From: Oculina patagonica | Taxonomy: Eukaryota | Direction of reading: 5' to 3' | Assembly (NCBI RefSeq): GCF_052425735.1 | Contig: NC_135765.1 | Coordinates: 3,038,001-3,102,000, forward strand | Length of the DNA: 64,000 nt | Part shown: positions 60,901 through 64,000 of the stretch, in pieces | How the letters are laid out: each line of letters begins with the position of its first letter | Position numbering within the stretch: the stretch's first letter is position 1 | Position numbers and translations under genes: made by a program | Notes under the pieces: model-generated | Database searches by the model: none | What the model was told of the DNA's origin: nothing | What the model saw: the letters and a program-made list of their open reading frames with translations, nothing else

Positions 60901-63900
60901 CCGAAAATGAACTGGCGTAGAGGAAGAAAGACGTTTTCATCGAGGCCACCACTTCGAAAATGTCTGATCTTGTGTCGTCGTATTTTGGTGATATCATTGT
61001 TCGTTGGTTGCGGTTTAATGTTGAAAGCAGCAGCCGACGGCTTAGAATTGACAGACGGTAAGAATTTCAGCTCTTTTTGTCCACGTTTTAACAACAAAAT
61101 TATTGGATTTTAATCTGTCTCGTGGTTTATCGGTCTTATGGTTTACAGTAAATGCCTAAGAAACTACGTAAGCAATAAAGACGCCGAAACAACGCGGCGC
61201 ATTTCATTCTTCCAGGTATCTTCGGCCAATTTTCATAAAATATTAAGTTTTGAGGTAAGCAATGTCTTCTCGAAATCTTCAGTATTCTTGCTTGGATTTG
61301 ACAAAGTGTAAAGACCAAAAAATGCGAATTTTTAGACTTTACTTTTCGTTTAAAAATAATAATTTAAAGTTTGCAGTGCTCAAACCGGAACCTTGCCAAT
61401 TCACGGCGAACAAACAAGAAAAAATAACCACATCATCAGACTTATAATAAATATATTTTGCAAAACATTTCCCGGCGTAAGTAAATTTTCCAAAAAATAA
61501 AGCATTTATACCTTAGCGCAATCAATAAACATCCTTCCTGAATCTGTTTAACTTTAATTTAGCGAAGATCTCGCCAAATTCAGTAAAAATAATTGCTTAC
61601 ACTGCCGAAAAAATAAATATAAAAGTTTGACGGGAAAATCTGTTGTAAGTGGCAATTAGAGAAGTGAAGCACATCGCCACAATTTAATGTCAGAACGGTT
61701 TCCTGACAAAGAAGTAAGTAATTGCCTATGGTAATTTACTCGCTTAAAGAAAGTGCCGATTATATAAGTATTACAAAATAGCTTCCAGATGTCTTGCCTC
61801 AAGAAAAAAATAAAAATAAAAAACAAAACAAAAACCAGGCAATTTGTTTGTTTGTTAGTAGTTGGACAATGCGCAGAAGTATTAAAATTTGTTTCATTTG
61901 TAGTTGCACTGACAGACTCCTTCGCTTCTTCGCTCTTCTTCCGGCTTTGCGTCAAATACAAACTTAGGAAAAGGTGCTTTAAAAACTTAAGAACAAAATA
62001 GACCACTAGCACCTTGAAAACAATACGTAAGAAACGGGTCTTGTATGAACCGAGTTGTGTAATCAAATGTATAAAATTTGCCACTAAAACATTTCACTCT
62101 GTTTCCCTTTTCCCGCAGGAAAACGCAATAAGATGCTTTAATAATTCTTGCTTGCCTAGCTAGCTGACGTGTTTCGTTTTAGAATGTCATCATAGTTAGA
62201 AACTTATTGTGACCTGTATACTATTTTCGGCCAAAAATTTAAATTTGAATCGAGATTTTTATCATCATTAATTACACATAAGACACTATACAGGCATTAA
62301 AATATCCGAAATAAAAATTTTGCAATAAAGTTTTGTTTTGCTATACAGAATATTAGCGATGTTTAACGCTCTGTATTGGCCTTAGTGTTCACTTTACAAA
62401 ACAATTTATGCATGGCTGTAAATTTTGATGGGACCCCATACCGCAACCTAATCCCATTATTGTTCAAAGCCTTTTTCCCAGAAGACAAATTTTTTATATT
62501 TTATTTTGCTTCTGCTTATGTATAAAAACAATCACTGGTAAGGTGTTAAGTACTGCCATTTCAAAGGACCTGTCACTTTACTACTAAAATGCAAATTTTA
62601 TTATTTTTCGCAAGGGGTTCTATGTGTTGAAACGAGCACAAGAACAAAGCAAGTTTTGGTCGTCGACACAAACTGCTTTTCATTTTCACCCAAAGTAATT
62701 TCCTCCCATGAGTAATAAAGATGTCCAGATTAAGGGTTTAAAGGAAAAACAATTAAAGCGAACTTTAATTAAATAACAAATGAAAGAGTCCGAGAAAAAT
62801 ATTGTCTATATATTGGTTTTATAAACCAAGATTTTGTTTTGTTGTCTATGTGCTGTTATTTAATCAGAACCTTTTATGCAGGCTCAATCAGTAGTTAAAA
62901 TATATTTTAACATTTAGGGGTTCCTAATTTTATGTCATCTGAAAGGCAGATTTTTATTTACGAAACCCAACATTAATAATTAGATTTCGACAACTGCATC
63001 ACCTGAAGAAAACGATTGTCCACTAGTCTCAATTACCTCGGTCACAACGAAAAACAAATTAATTGGGCATTCCACTCAATAGTGCAACAATCAAGACTTT
63101 AAATGTCAATATTTGTTGAAGAGCAAACGTTGCATTTATCTTATCATTTTTCTTCAAGATTGCATCAATTAAAGCAAACTACGGTACCTCAATTTTTTTT
63201 ATTCGTTAAAAATACCGCGTCGTTTTCCCGATAAGACTTTGTGAACCTCGATCCTGCTTTTGTTTTAACACCCACATAAAAGCCACGTTTATTAAATTTT
63301 GTGAATTTTTGTCAGCTATTGTCTTCACTTGTTAGAAATCCTATTTACCGTTCTTAGGAAACTAAATAAATTTTTAATTATTTATAGGACAGGAACAACG
63401 AACACCTCTTCTTGTTTTGGCGTTAAACTGCAAAGTGGTCTTTTATTGCCAGAAGTGACAAAAAATTGCATTTCAATAAATGAGTAACACAAGAACTAAA
63501 TGAATTGCACGAGCTGGCCTATATTGTTTTGCGTTCCCGAACTGCCTCTATGAAAAAAGGGAATAAAGTTCTTTTTTTAGACTTGTAGGATAGCAAAGAA
63601 TAACTGAGATATATAATCACGATACGGAGGCTTATTTCCTTTATAATAATAACTTTGTATGTTTTATATATCCTTCTCGGACTTCACTGAATATTGTAAT
63701 TTGTTTGGAGGTATTCAAACATCAATAATAATACAAAAGTTTGAATTAAGGGTAAAGAAAGGAATGAACGATAAATTAAATGACGATTTTTTTACGTTGG
63801 GCGCGCTCATACAAGACAACTAAGAGAACTACAACTAACCGGCTGTTAAACCGGCCTCCTAAGAGCACAAATTTCGTGGCGTACTATTTACTCTACTGGA

Positions 63901-64000
63901 GCTGGGTAATAAAACAATGTATTTTCAATGTATTTTATACTGTCTTCGGCTTATAGCTGTAGCAACAACCTTCGCATATAAATAGATTCTTATAAAAACT

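Larger units (their letters stand above)
51638..63552. repeat. Segmental duplication copy B (~11.9 kb)
   Basis: Colinear with 39359-51136. Confidence 0.95.

Overview
AT-rich, intron-containing animal genomic DNA from a draft assembly with two N-gaps (6188-6358 and 51137-51636). The repeat families and GPCR types suggest a cnidarian, probably a stony coral (inference). (1) 1-20.2 kb: a minus-strand tandem array of two-exon Ly6/uPAR-type (three-finger fold) genes with signal peptides and predicted GPI anchors. It has four intact genes, one pseudogene, one orphan signal-peptide exon and one copy running off the left edge. The proteins carry an extra conserved cysteine pair, every first exon has a CArG (SRF-type) box 100-113 bp upstream of the ATG, and the copies are mosaics of each other. 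(2) 22.5-27.5 kb: a complete six-exon UFC1 gene, divergent from the array. (3) 36-41 kb: two convergent aminergic-like class A GPCR genes with intronless CDS; both lack the TM3-ECL2 disulfide and carry Lys7.39. (4) 39.4-63.6 kb: an ~11.8 kb near-identical tandem duplication split by a 500-N gap, possibly two haplotypes assembled in series. It shows unusually high synonymous divergence in the GPCR CDS and contains a T-free consensus artefact. Non-autonomous DNA transposons (several nested), a 5'-truncated LINE and a SINE fragment are spread throughout. All alignments and counts were done by eye.
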